Sequence record: SRR20825006_124 | Direction: 5' to 3' (one strand) | DNA: 34,704 nucleotides | Part shown: positions 1 to 9,378 of the stretch, one piece after another | Layout of the letters: each line of letters starts with the position of its first letter | Numbering within the stretch: the first letter of the stretch is position 1 | Made by a program: the position numbers and the translations under genes | The notes under the pieces: model-generated | Database searches by the model: none | What the model was told of the DNA's origin: nothing | What the model saw: the letters and a program-made list of their open reading frames with translations, nothing else

Positions 1-1
1 C

Positions 2-1033
2 GAGCAAAATAAATATGCCGGTATTGGCGCTACCGTATTTTTCACTGCGTTAATGGCCTTTATCGCTTCGGGCTATGCGTTGTACACGGTTTTTGACAGT
101 ATTCCAATGGCAGTAGTTTTTGGTTTTGTCTGGGGATTGCTCATCTTTAATTTGGATCGCTTTATTGTTTCCACCATTAAAAAACGGGATAACTTCTTAG
201 ACGAATTTCTCCAAGCATTGCCGCGTTTGATTCTTGCCGTAATAATCGCTGTAGTGATCTCAAAACCACTCGAACTTAAAATTTTTGAGAAGGAAATTGA
301 TCGTGTGTTATTAGAACAGAAAAACGACCTAACACTCGCCAATCAAAATCAGATCGCGGACCAATTTACTCCGGCTGCCGCTGCTTTAGATTCCGAAATT
401 GAACAATTAAAAAGTGAAGTCACTACCAAAGAATCGGAAGTAAGTGCGCTTTATGACATTTACATTACCGAAGCCGAAGGTACTTCCGGCACCGGAAAAC
501 TAGGTAAAGGGCCGGTATACCAGGAAAAACGAGAAAAACACGATGCCGCTCTGGCAGAACTGCAACAGTTGAAACAAACCAATGCTGAAAAGGTCGCTGC
601 ACTCGAACTCGAGAAAGACAACCTAGCTGCTGATTACGAAACGCGCGTAACCGAAACCCAGCCCATCATTGATAATTTTGACGGTTTAATGGCGCGTATT
701 GATGCTTTGGAAACCTTGCCTTGGCTACCTTCATTTTTCATCTTTTTGCTGTTTCTAGCCATTGAAACCACACCGATTTTTGCCAAGCTTATTTCCCCAA
801 AAGGAGAATACGATCTTAAGCTAGCAGATGCTGAAGGCGAACTCAAATCGTGGACGACACAAAAAGCCAATCAGCGTAAAAACCTTATTGATGCCGACAA
901 CGTGATTAATGATAAAGTTTACGGCGACCTTACTGAGGAAGACGAACTCTACAATTACAAAAAGAAAATGGCTCGGGATCTGATGCAAAAGCAGCAAGAC
1001 GCATTCTATAAGCGACAGAGTAAATTACTTTAG
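2..1033 (+). CDS. DUF4407-like membrane protein with coiled coil (5'-partial)
   Basis: The frame is open from position 2 (EQNKYAGIGATVFFTALM...), so the true start is upstream of the window. It has N-terminal TM helices with LIFNLDRFIVS, a long coiled coil, a GxGxxGxGP motif and a C-terminal TM segment. Confidence 0.75.
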   Translation, partial: EQNKYAGIGATVFFTALMAFIASGYALYTVFDSIPMAVVFGFVWGLLIFNLDRFIVSTIKKRDNFLDEFLQALPRLILAVIIAVVISKPLELKIFEKEIDRVLLEQKNDLTLANQNQIADQFTPAAAALDSEIEQLKSEVTTKESEVSALYDIYITEAEGTSGTGKLGKGPVYQEKREKHDAALAELQQLKQTNAEKVAALELEKDNLAADYETRVTETQPIIDNFDGLMARIDALETLPWLPSFFIFLLFLAIETTPIFAKLISPKGEYDLKLADAEGELKSWTTQKANQRKNLIDADNVINDKVYGDLTEEDELYNYKKKMARDLMQKQQDAFYKRQSKLL

Positions 1034-1067
1034 TACCTACCTCAGAACAACCTCTGACGCTCACATA

Positions 1068-1098
1068 AAAAAGCCTTCTCTTTTGGAGAAGGCTTTTT
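1068..1098. terminator. Bidirectional intrinsic terminator
   Basis: 13-bp inverted repeat AAAAAGCCTTCTC / GAGAAGGCTTTTT with a 5-nt loop and A/T tails on both sides, between convergent genes. Confidence 0.85.
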
Positions 1099-1119
1099 AT
1101 TTTACCCAAATTTCACGCC

Positions 1120-2370
1120 TTAAAATCTACGATCAGGGTTGTAAACGCTTAAATCTAAAGAAGCTTTTTTGCCATCTATTAGTTCTGAAACCAAGAGTCC
1201 GGTTCCCGGGCCTAAGCTCCATCCCATCATTGCGTGACCTGCGGCGATGGTTAAGTTTTTCCATTTTGAAGGTCTGCCAATGTACGGCAATCCATCTGGA
1301 GTTACCGGTCTCAAACCGCATTGGGCTTCATCTTTTTCCTGCTCAGAGATCACCACATTATTAAAATACCGTGGCACCGCTTCAGCGATCGCTTCAACAC
1401 GGGCTTTATTAATATTGTGATTGATTCCGGCGATTTCCATGGTTCCTGCAAAACGCGTAAAACCATTCATAGGAGTTACCGCTACTTTTGCTTCGCACAA
1501 GATCGAAGGTAAAGTGATTCCGGTTTCGGTTGTAGAGTTGATGCGGTAGCCTTTACCTGCCTGCATCAAAATTTTCAATCCCAATTTTTTGTTCAACTCG
1601 CCGGCCCAAGCTCCGGTTGCCAAGATCACTTCATCAGCAACAAAAGTCTTTCCTGATGCGGTTTTTACATTAGAAAGCGTTCCGCTTGATGTATCAAAAT
1701 CGGTTACTTTTTCATTCTTAAAAAACTGGATCCCTTTGGCTTGTAAAAGGGTTTTAAACTCTTCCATAAACTCGCCCGGAGTGGTATGGTGATCACATTC
1801 ATAAAACGCCGCCCCTTTGATATCTAATTTGGCATTAGGCATCTTTTGCTGAACTTCTTCCGCAGAAAGCATACGCGCCGGCAAGCCTTCTTTATTGGCT
1901 AAAGCCAAAACATGCGCTTCTTCTTCGAGCATATGTTCTGTTTTGCAAAGCATAAGCAAACCGTCTTTCTTAAGCTGAAAATTGAAATGTTCTTCTTCTT
2001 TAATATCGGAATACAGATCGCGAGACAAAATGTTGATATCACGAATTGCCGGAATGGCTTTAGTTACATTTTCTTCTGAACACGAATTGTTGAATGCCAT
2101 CGTCCACTTGAGAAAATCGGCGTTCAAGCGCGGTTTAATATACAACGGACTCTTACTGCTAAACATCCATTTGATGCCTTGTTGCATCACACCGGGAGCC
2201 GCTAACGGAATAATATGGCTAGGTGTCAAATACCCGGCATTCACGTAGGATGCACCGGAATCCATACTTCCTTGGTCGATCACCGTTACTTCGTGCCCCG
2301 CTTTTTGAAGATAATAAGCCGAAGACAAGCCTATAATTCCACCTCCAATAATTACGCATTTTTTGCTCAT
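1120..2370 (-). CDS. FAD-dependent D-amino acid dehydrogenase (DadA/DAO family), probable D-hydroxyproline dehydrogenase
   Basis: N-terminal GGGIIG Rossmann motif, ASYVNAG, GKGY, GLRPVTPDGLP and GHAMMGWSLG. Substrate is inferred from operon context. Confidence 0.85.
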   Translation of the reverse strand: MSKKCVIIGGGIIGLSSAYYLQKAGHEVTVIDQGSMDSGASYVNAGYLTPSHIIPLAAPGVMQQGIKWMFSSKSPLYIKPRLNADFLKWTMAFNNSCSEENVTKAIPAIRDINILSRDLYSDIKEEEHFNFQLKKDGLLMLCKTEHMLEEEAHVLALANKEGLPARMLSAEEVQQKMPNAKLDIKGAAFYECDHHTTPGEFMEEFKTLLQAKGIQFFKNEKVTDFDTSSGTLSNVKTASGKTFVADEVILATGAWAGELNKKLGLKILMQAGKGYRINSTTETGITLPSILCEAKVAVTPMNGFTRFAGTMEIAGINHNINKARVEAIAEAVPRYFNNVVISEQEKDEAQCGLRPVTPDGLPYIGRPSKWKNLTIAAGHAMMGWSLGPGTGLLVSELIDGKKASLDLSVYNPDRRF

Positions 2371-2372
2371 AG

Positions 2373-4649
2373 TTAGTCCAGATTAAAGTCCCAAAGGGTT
2401 TGTTTGTCTAGTAAGTTCTCGATGAAATAGTTCCATCTTTTTTTCTGAAAATAGGTACTGTATTTCCCGGTATAGCCGTGTCGCTGACTCGGGATGATCA
2501 ACATATCAAATTGCTTATCGGCTTTGATCAGGGCTTCAGCCAATTTAAATGTCGCCGAAGGATTTACGTTATCATCGATCCCGCCATGCACCAGCAATAA
2601 CTTGCCTTCTAAATTAGGCGCCATTGTGATGTTTGACACTTCCTCATAGCGCTCATCAACAGGATAGCCCATATACATCTCCGGCCACCAGGCTTTTTCC
2701 ATTCTAAAATCGTGATCGCCGCTGCTGGCTACAGCCACTTTATAAAATTCCGGGAAGGCCAATACCGCATGCGCCGCATCAAAACCACCTGCCGAATGCC
2801 CAAAAATCCCCACACGCTCAGCGTCTACATAGTCGTACTTTTCGCCCAAATACTTAATCGCGTTCACGTGATCGCGCAGATTATCTCCCATATTCATATA
2901 AGAAACATCCCGAAAAGCTTTAGATCTCCCTGCAGTTCCCAGACCATCAATAGCCACCACGATAAATCCTAAATTGGCCATCGCCTGATTGCTCAACGCC
3001 TGACTGAAACTTTTGGGGAAACGCTGTGTATGTGGACCAGTATAGGTTGCATCAATAACCGGATATTTTTTTGAACTGTCAAAGTTTACCGGCTTCCAGA
3101 AGGCGCCATAAATAGGAGTTTTGCCATCTTTACCGGTTAGTGTAAATACTTCGGGCATCTGCCAGCCTTCTGCTTCAATTTGTGCTGTATTGGCTGTAGT
3201 TAGGGTCGCCGTGATCTTTCCATTCTTTTTGCTGCGCAATACCGTTTTTGTTGATTGATCTACCTTTGAGATCGCATCTACAAAATAATCAGCATCCTCA
3301 AAAAATGTGATCTCGTGATTTGCATTTTCAGGGGTTAGTTCGTTTATTTTTCCTTTTAAAGTAACCCGATACAATTTCTGATGGTACGGATTCATGGTCC
3401 CATCAACGCCCGAAGCGGTGTAGTAAATCATTTTGTCCTTTTCATCAATATGCACAATATCGTTCACTACAAATTCTCCGTTAGTCAATGGCTTGATTTT
3501 ACCGCTATTCTTATTGACTAAATACAACTGCTTCCAACCCTCACGTTCTGAAAGCACCACCAGATCATCCCAACCTTCGATTTCGCGATAGTTAAAATTA
3601 TCAATACTGGTTTGTGTAGCTTCTTCATAAAGCGGCTGCACAGTTTCTTCATCAAGATCAACCACTTTTAAATATTGCTCTTTGTAACCGCGTGAACGAT
3701 AGGAAGCGATCATTTTATGCGGCTCCTTATCTTGAAATTTCAACCAAATCCCATTGACGTGCACTTTTTTAGGAAGATCGATTGCCAGTTGTTTTTGGCC
3801 TTCTACATCAAAAAATACCGGTTTATACGTCACCATCGTCGTGTCTCCCGGAGAACCGCGGTAGTAACTTAATAATTTGGGTTTGTATAAACTGTCTATG
3901 CTGTAATCCAGCAGATACATTTTTTCTGCATTGCGCGTGTCTACCACTTGTGTCACTAAATACTTAGAGTCTGGCGACCATTGCACGCCAAAGTGTTTGG
4001 GACGCTCGGTTCCTTCGCCTTCTATGATGTCAAACCAGCCAATACTACTCGCATAATCATAACCTTTTTGACCATCGGTCGTTAACTGAATTTCCTCATC
4101 TGTTTGAGCATCACGAATAAATAAATTATGATCTCGGGTAAAAGCGATCCACTTTTTATCTGGTGAAGTGGACTCCATTTGATTGCGCCAATCACGAGAA
4201 TTCCTTGGTGTTTCTTCTTTACTCTTCTCTAAAGATGTTCCATCCCAGGTGAAGCGTGTATTTTCAAAATCAAAGCTTAGGCCAGTATTTGTCTTTTCAA
4301 TTTTTGAAACCGAAAGCTGAGCTGCATCTTGTTTCTTATTTAAGATTTCACTTAAAGCTTCTGCTAATTTTGACTGATTAAAAAGCGGTTTAACTTCTGA
4401 ATCTTTAAAAGAAAGCGTTTTATATTCCTTACCTGCTTCGGTATAGTTCACAAACCAAATCCCTGAATGATCTTCAAATTCAGTTACCGAAGTCGACAGG
4501 TTAAAAACCTTTTTATTCCAAAGATTAGCATATGTATACGCATTGGCTTGCTCATAATCTGCTAAAGTCATTTGCTCTTGCGCAACACTAGAAAAACTGC
4601 TAAACAACAGCCCCACAACAAAGAATAAACTGAATTTTACAAACTTCAT
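2373..4649 (-). CDS. Exported S9 family peptidase (DPP-IV-like, propeller plus alpha/beta hydrolase)
   Basis: Signal peptide ending SVA-Q, SPDKKWIAF and WSPDSK propeller motifs, nucleophile motif GHSAGG, DDNV Asp and RHG His. Confidence 0.9.
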   Translation of the reverse strand: MKFVKFSLFFVVGLLFSSFSSVAQEQMTLADYEQANAYTYANLWNKKVFNLSTSVTEFEDHSGIWFVNYTEAGKEYKTLSFKDSEVKPLFNQSKLAEALSEILNKKQDAAQLSVSKIEKTNTGLSFDFENTRFTWDGTSLEKSKEETPRNSRDWRNQMESTSPDKKWIAFTRDHNLFIRDAQTDEEIQLTTDGQKGYDYASSIGWFDIIEGEGTERPKHFGVQWSPDSKYLVTQVVDTRNAEKMYLLDYSIDSLYKPKLLSYYRGSPGDTTMVTYKPVFFDVEGQKQLAIDLPKKVHVNGIWLKFQDKEPHKMIASYRSRGYKEQYLKVVDLDEETVQPLYEEATQTSIDNFNYREIEGWDDLVVLSEREGWKQLYLVNKNSGKIKPLTNGEFVVNDIVHIDEKDKMIYYTASGVDGTMNPYHQKLYRVTLKGKINELTPENANHEITFFEDADYFVDAISKVDQSTKTVLRSKKNGKITATLTTANTAQIEAEGWQMPEVFTLTGKDGKTPIYGAFWKPVNFDSSKKYPVIDATYTGPHTQRFPKSFSQALSNQAMANLGFIVVAIDGLGTAGRSKAFRDVSYMNMGDNLRDHVNAIKYLGEKYDYVDAERVGIFGHSAGGFDAAHAVLAFPEFYKVAVASSGDHDFRMEKAWWPEMYMGYPVDERYEEVSNITMAPNLEGKLLLVHGGIDDNVNPSATFKLAEALIKADKQFDMLIIPSQRHGYTGKYSTYFQKKRWNYFIENLLDKQTLWDFNLD

Positions 4650-4703
4650 AAGCTACATATTTATTGGCAACGCCATAAGATTTAATATTCCGAATTTGTA
4701 TCC

Positions 4704-5711
4704 TTACAACACTTGAAAACCGAATGCGTATGGATCTTCAGTATCAATAGTCATCGTATTGTGACCATAAACTCTAGCCCAACCTTTTATACTTGGGATC
4801 ACCGCTTCAAAATCACCTACTCGGGTGACTTCTTCTACCCGACCTGTAAATTTTGAACCTATAAAACTCTCGTGAATAAAATCGGTATGCGGCTGAATAA
4901 TTCCTTTGGCATGCAATTGTGCAATGCGCGCCGAAGTTCCCGTTCCGCAAGGAGAACGATCGATGGCTTTATCTCCATAAAAAACTGCATTACGCCCTGA
5001 TGAAGTAGCATCTAGCGGGTTACCCGTCCACAACATATGGCTTACGTCACGTATGGTTTCATTTTCAGGATGAACAAAATGATCTTTGTATTTTGCATTG
5101 ATTTTTTCCCTTAAAATCTTGCTTAGGCTAATGATCTTCGAAGCATTATAATCGTGTACGCCACTAAAATTCTCCTGCGGATCAACGATCGCATAATAGT
5201 TTCCACCATAAGAAACATCAAATTTTAAAGTCCCTAACTCATCACAATCTATCGTCAAATCACGCGCAGCCAGATAACTTTTTACGTTGGTCAGTTTTAC
5301 CCAATCTACCTTTTTACCGGTTTGTTGATATTCAATCTCTACCAATCCGGCAGGAGCTTCCATTCTTATTTTACCGGGAGTTTTAGGGATAACAAGGCCT
5401 TCTTCAATGGCGATGGTAATGGTTCCTATGGTTCCGTGCCCGCACATAGGGAGACAACCGCTGGTTTCAATAAACAGAATCGCAAAGTCATTTGCCGGGT
5501 CGTGCGGCGGAAACAAAATACTCCCGCTCATCATATCGTGACCACGCGGCTCAAACATTAATCCGGTGCGAATCCAGTCATATTCTTTGAGAAAATGCTG
5601 ACGTTTCTCGCTCATAGTTTTGCCCGCTAACGCAGGACCACCCGTCTTTACCACACGCACAGGGTTACCACAAGTATGCGCATCTATACATTCAAAAGTG
5701 TGTACAGCCAT
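4704..5711 (-). CDS. 4-hydroxyproline 2-epimerase (proline racemase family)
   Basis: DAHTCGNPVR, EPRGH, and both catalytic Cys motifs MCGHG and DRSPCGTGTSA. Confidence 0.88.
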   Translation of the reverse strand: MAVHTFECIDAHTCGNPVRVVKTGGPALAGKTMSEKRQHFLKEYDWIRTGLMFEPRGHDMMSGSILFPPHDPANDFAILFIETSGCLPMCGHGTIGTITIAIEEGLVIPKTPGKIRMEAPAGLVEIEYQQTGKKVDWVKLTNVKSYLAARDLTIDCDELGTLKFDVSYGGNYYAIVDPQENFSGVHDYNASKIISLSKILREKINAKYKDHFVHPENETIRDVSHMLWTGNPLDATSSGRNAVFYGDKAIDRSPCGTGTSARIAQLHAKGIIQPHTDFIHESFIGSKFTGRVEEVTRVGDFEAVIPSIKGWARVYGHNTMTIDTEDPYAFGFQVL

Positions 5712-5735
5712 TCTTTAATTCACGTATTATATGTT

Positions 5736-7460
5736 CTATTTTGCTAATGCTTCTTTTGCTTTGGTTATGTATGCATTAACCTGCTCTTCTAAAATGGGTA
5801 GCGTCACTGTACCTTCTCCTAAAATCACTTCGTGAAAAGCACGAATATCAAAGGCTTCTCCCAATTCATTTTTTGCTTTTTTGCGTAGCTCACGTATTTT
5901 GAGTTCGCCTATTTTATAACTCAATGCCTGCCCCGGCCAACCGATATAACGATCAGTCTCCGTATTGATCTCGTGGATCGAAAGCGCGGTATTTTGCGAC
6001 ATATAATCTACCACCTCTTGGCGCGACCAACCCATAGCGTGAATCCCCGTGTCTACCACCAAGCGGCAAGCCCGCCACATCTCGTAAGTAAGCTGCCCAA
6101 ATTTCTCATAAGGCGTGCGATAAATCCCCATCTCATCAGCGAGATATTCAGCGTATAAGCCCCAACCTTCACCGTAAGCAGATAAGTATAAATTGCGTCT
6201 AAACTGCGGAATACTATCACTCAACTCCTGATTAAGCGCTCCTTGAATATGATGTCCCGGTGCTGCCTCATGCGCCGTTAATGCCGGAAGCGTGTACAAT
6301 GTACGACTGTCTAATTTGTAAGTATTTACCAAATAATGGCCCGCCTGCGTACCGTTAATACTACTGCCAGAATATCTTCCGCCGGTGTATTTTGGGGCGA
6401 TGGCGTCAGGTACTTTGATCACTCCGTAAGGTTGCCTAGGTAACTTGGAGAAAAATGCCGGTAATTCATTATCTACCCGCTTGGCAATATCTCTGGCGTG
6501 CATCAACAGCGCATCTTCGGTAGTTACAAAAAACTGATCATCGGTACGTAAAAACTCTAAGAAGTCTGCAAACGAACCTTCAAAATCTACTTCTTTGATG
6601 ATCTTTTCCATCTCAGCTTTGATGCGCGCAACTTCTTTCAACCCTAATTCGTGAATAGATTCTGCGGTGTAGTCTTTTGAGGTTGTGTAAAAATCGATTC
6701 GGTTTTGATAGAATTCCTTTCCGCCGGGACGTGAAGAAACACCAATTTGGTCTCGGGTTTGCGGTAAATATTCGGTTTCAAAAAAGGTTTTGATCTTTTT
6801 AAAACTCGGTATTACACTATCATTAATCACTTGCTGCGCCGCATTTAAAAGCGAATCTTTTCGCGCTGCGGCAATACTTTCCGGCAAGGCTAAAAACGGC
6901 GAGTAAAAATAGCTTTCGGTAGGATCTTCAACAATATGGGTATTGTAAGTAGACTCGTAACCATTAAAAATTATCTTAGGCTGATTGATGCCTTCTTTCA
7001 AGCCTTTTCGCATCAGCGCAAATTGACTTTCTGTAAAATAAGGAATGGCTTTCAATCGGTTTAAATAACCCACAGCCTGCTGATAGTTGTTGATGGGGCG
7101 CACCTGATAATTGAGATTCAAATGAAATCCCTGATCGGCCTGCAAGGGGTTGAGATACATCTTGTACTTGTAGTGATCTACGCGATCCTGCAAGACAAAA
7201 TTGAGCAGTTTATAGGAAATAAGCTCACTCTCGTTTAAAGCAGAAGTCGCTACACCTTCTAGTTTTTTTAATAAGGCTTGAGCAGCTTCTGCACGTGCCT
7301 TGGGCAGCTCTTCATCATAGCGTCCCAAAGGATAATCACGCCAGTTATAATCCCGCTGATTTTGATATTCAGCAATGATACTATCTAGGGAAACAGCATC
7401 TTGAGCTGAAACTGAAAGAGTTAAACTTGAAATAATAAAAAGAAGTAAATAGTGTCTCAT
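5736..7460 (-). CDS. DUF885 family exported protein (putative metallopeptidase)
   Basis: Signal peptide ending VSA-Q; HEAAPGHH, EGWGLYAE, RACRLVVDTGIH and RYIGWPGQALSYKIG motifs typical of DUF885. Confidence 0.85.
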   Translation of the reverse strand: MRHYLLLFIISSLTLSVSAQDAVSLDSIIAEYQNQRDYNWRDYPLGRYDEELPKARAEAAQALLKKLEGVATSALNESELISYKLLNFVLQDRVDHYKYKMYLNPLQADQGFHLNLNYQVRPINNYQQAVGYLNRLKAIPYFTESQFALMRKGLKEGINQPKIIFNGYESTYNTHIVEDPTESYFYSPFLALPESIAAARKDSLLNAAQQVINDSVIPSFKKIKTFFETEYLPQTRDQIGVSSRPGGKEFYQNRIDFYTTSKDYTAESIHELGLKEVARIKAEMEKIIKEVDFEGSFADFLEFLRTDDQFFVTTEDALLMHARDIAKRVDNELPAFFSKLPRQPYGVIKVPDAIAPKYTGGRYSGSSINGTQAGHYLVNTYKLDSRTLYTLPALTAHEAAPGHHIQGALNQELSDSIPQFRRNLYLSAYGEGWGLYAEYLADEMGIYRTPYEKFGQLTYEMWRACRLVVDTGIHAMGWSRQEVVDYMSQNTALSIHEINTETDRYIGWPGQALSYKIGELKIRELRKKAKNELGEAFDIRAFHEVILGEGTVTLPILEEQVNAYITKAKEALAK

Positions 7461-7482
7461 ACGTTTAATTATTTGGTTAACA

Positions 7483-7513
7483 AGATACAGTAGTACTTTA
7501 AACTACTGTATCT
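7483..7513. other. Intergenic hairpin (12-bp stem, 7-nt loop); possible weak terminator or mRNA stabiliser
   Basis: Perfect inverted repeat AGATACAGTAGT / ACTACTGTATCT between the ALDH and DUF885 genes; only a weak U-tract on the minus strand. Confidence 0.55.
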
Positions 7514-7541
7514 CTTGTCTAACTCGTACTAGTTGAAGCTA

Positions 7542-9119
7542 TTAAGCTTTACTATAGTTCCCATCAACCTTGCGAAGAATACCTAACGGATTCTCTTCTT
7601 TTAATGCATCTGGAAGTAATTCTTGCGGCCAGTCTTGATACGAAACCGGACGTACCCAACGGTAAATCGCGTCGTTACCTACCGAAGTAAATTTGGCATC
7701 AGAGGTAGATGGAAATGGCCCTCCGTGATGCATTGCAGGACAAACCTCAACACCGGTAGGAACACCATTAAATAAAATTCTACCCACACGTGAACGCAAG
7801 GCATCAATCACATCTTTATATGCTGCAACCTCGGAAGTTTCCGCGATAAGCGAACCGGTAAGTTGGCCTTCTAATGCGTTTAAAACCTCAAGCAGTTGCG
7901 CTTTTGAAGTACAGCTTACCAACATTGAAAACGGTCCAAAAACTTCTGCGTGCAACTTGGTATTCGCTAGAAAATCATCTCCGGTAACTTTTACCAAAGC
8001 CGGTTTACCATCATTTGCTCCTTCTGCTTCTAAGGTGACTGCAAGCACTTCAGTTCCTGCTGCGTCGAGCATATTTTGTTTTCCGCTTTCGTAAGCCGAC
8101 TGAATATTAGGATGCAACATGCAATGCGCAGGTTGCTCGCCTAAATACGCAGCCAGATTCTTACCAAACGTTTCTAATTCTTCTCCTTCTATTCCTAAAA
8201 TCAATCCGGGATTGGTACAGAATTGTCCCGCGCCAAGATTGATACTTCCCGCATATTTTTGCGCCCAGCTTTCACCATTGACTTTCAAAGCTTCCGGAAG
8301 GATCACCACCGGATTTATACTTCCCATTTCGGCATAAACCGGGATAGGTTTTTCTCTGTTCGCCCCAAGTGCAACTAAGGCTTTCCCCGCTTTTATGCTT
8401 CCGGTAAAACCAACACCTTTGATCGCAGGATGCTTAACCAGCTGCTCTCCTACCGCAATACCTTTACTGTTTAGGTTAGAAAAAACGCCGTCAGGCATTC
8501 CTGTTTTCTGCGCTGCTTTGATAATTGCTGAAGAGACCAATTCGCCCGTCGCTGCGTGCATTGGGTGACTTTTTACAACGACCGGGCAACCGGCCGCAAG
8601 CGCGCTTGCAGTATCTCCACCAGCGGTTGAGAACGCAAACGGAAAGTTACTTGCCCCAAAAACAGCAACAGGTCCGGTCGCGATTTGCATTTTACGCAAA
8701 TCAGGTTTTGGCGCAGGAGTACGCTCGGGATTACCGTGATCGATGGTGGCTTGCACCCAATCTCCTTGTTCTAACAAAGAAGCAAATGCATTAAGCTGAC
8801 CGATTGTTCTACCGCGTTCACCCATCGCACGACCTTCGGGAAGACCAGATTCGGTGGTGTAGGTATCGATCAATTGCTGACCTAAAGCTTCGATCTCTTC
8901 TCCAATCGCTCTTAAAAAAACTGCACGTTCTTTATCAGATTTGTGTTTGTAGACTTCAAAAGCTTCCGCAGCTAATCGTGCGGCAGCATCTACTTCGCTC
9001 TCGGTAGCTTCGGTAAATTGCCACTCATTCTCAATATTGAGCTTTGGGTTGATCGTTGTATAAGTCGTTTTTCCTTCCGCAGAAATTTTACTTCCTATAT
9101 AATTCTTTCCTGTAATCAT
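7542..9119 (-). CDS. NADP-dependent aldehyde dehydrogenase, alpha-ketoglutaric semialdehyde dehydrogenase type
   Basis: FGASNFPFAFSTAGGDTASALAAGCP, FTGS, EMGSINP, GQFCTNPG (catalytic Cys), EVFGP and NGVPTGVEV. The ATG at 9119 (MITGKNYIG) is preferred over the TTG at 9128. Confidence 0.88.
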   Translation of the reverse strand: MITGKNYIGSKISAEGKTTYTTINPKLNIENEWQFTEATESEVDAAARLAAEAFEVYKHKSDKERAVFLRAIGEEIEALGQQLIDTYTTESGLPEGRAMGERGRTIGQLNAFASLLEQGDWVQATIDHGNPERTPAPKPDLRKMQIATGPVAVFGASNFPFAFSTAGGDTASALAAGCPVVVKSHPMHAATGELVSSAIIKAAQKTGMPDGVFSNLNSKGIAVGEQLVKHPAIKGVGFTGSIKAGKALVALGANREKPIPVYAEMGSINPVVILPEALKVNGESWAQKYAGSINLGAGQFCTNPGLILGIEGEELETFGKNLAAYLGEQPAHCMLHPNIQSAYESGKQNMLDAAGTEVLAVTLEAEGANDGKPALVKVTGDDFLANTKLHAEVFGPFSMLVSCTSKAQLLEVLNALEGQLTGSLIAETSEVAAYKDVIDALRSRVGRILFNGVPTGVEVCPAMHHGGPFPSTSDAKFTSVGNDAIYRWVRPVSYQDWPQELLPDALKEENPLGILRKVDGNYSKA

Positions 9120-9170
9120 TTGTATCAATTTCTTTTTAATCGCTTAAACTGCATTAAGCTTGTTTACGCC

Positions 9171-9196
9171 AAAAGCACCACGATTGCGGTGCTTTT
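9171..9196 (-). terminator. Terminator-like hairpin inside the Hyp operon
   Basis: Minus strand AAAAGCACCGC-AATC-GTGGTGCTTTT (11-bp stem including one G-U), ending in a short U run about 50 nt before the ALDH start. Confidence 0.5.
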
Positions 9197-9378
9197 AATT
9201 AAACTATAATTTATGCTTTAAAAGGTTTTATAAAACCTCAAAAAAAATGAGTCGTCAGCTATTATGTCAAGTCTTGAAAATCGCCAAACCGTTGATAGCT
9301 AAACTTAAAATCTAATTTTAAACGAACGCTGCCTCCGACTCATTTTATCCACCAAATAATCTTTTAATTTATATTGAA

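Noticed and set aside
9018-9209. 63-aa plus-strand ORF over the ALDH start and intergenic hairpin
   Set aside because: It is antisense to the ALDH 5' end, has a non-ATG start and shows no features supporting translation.
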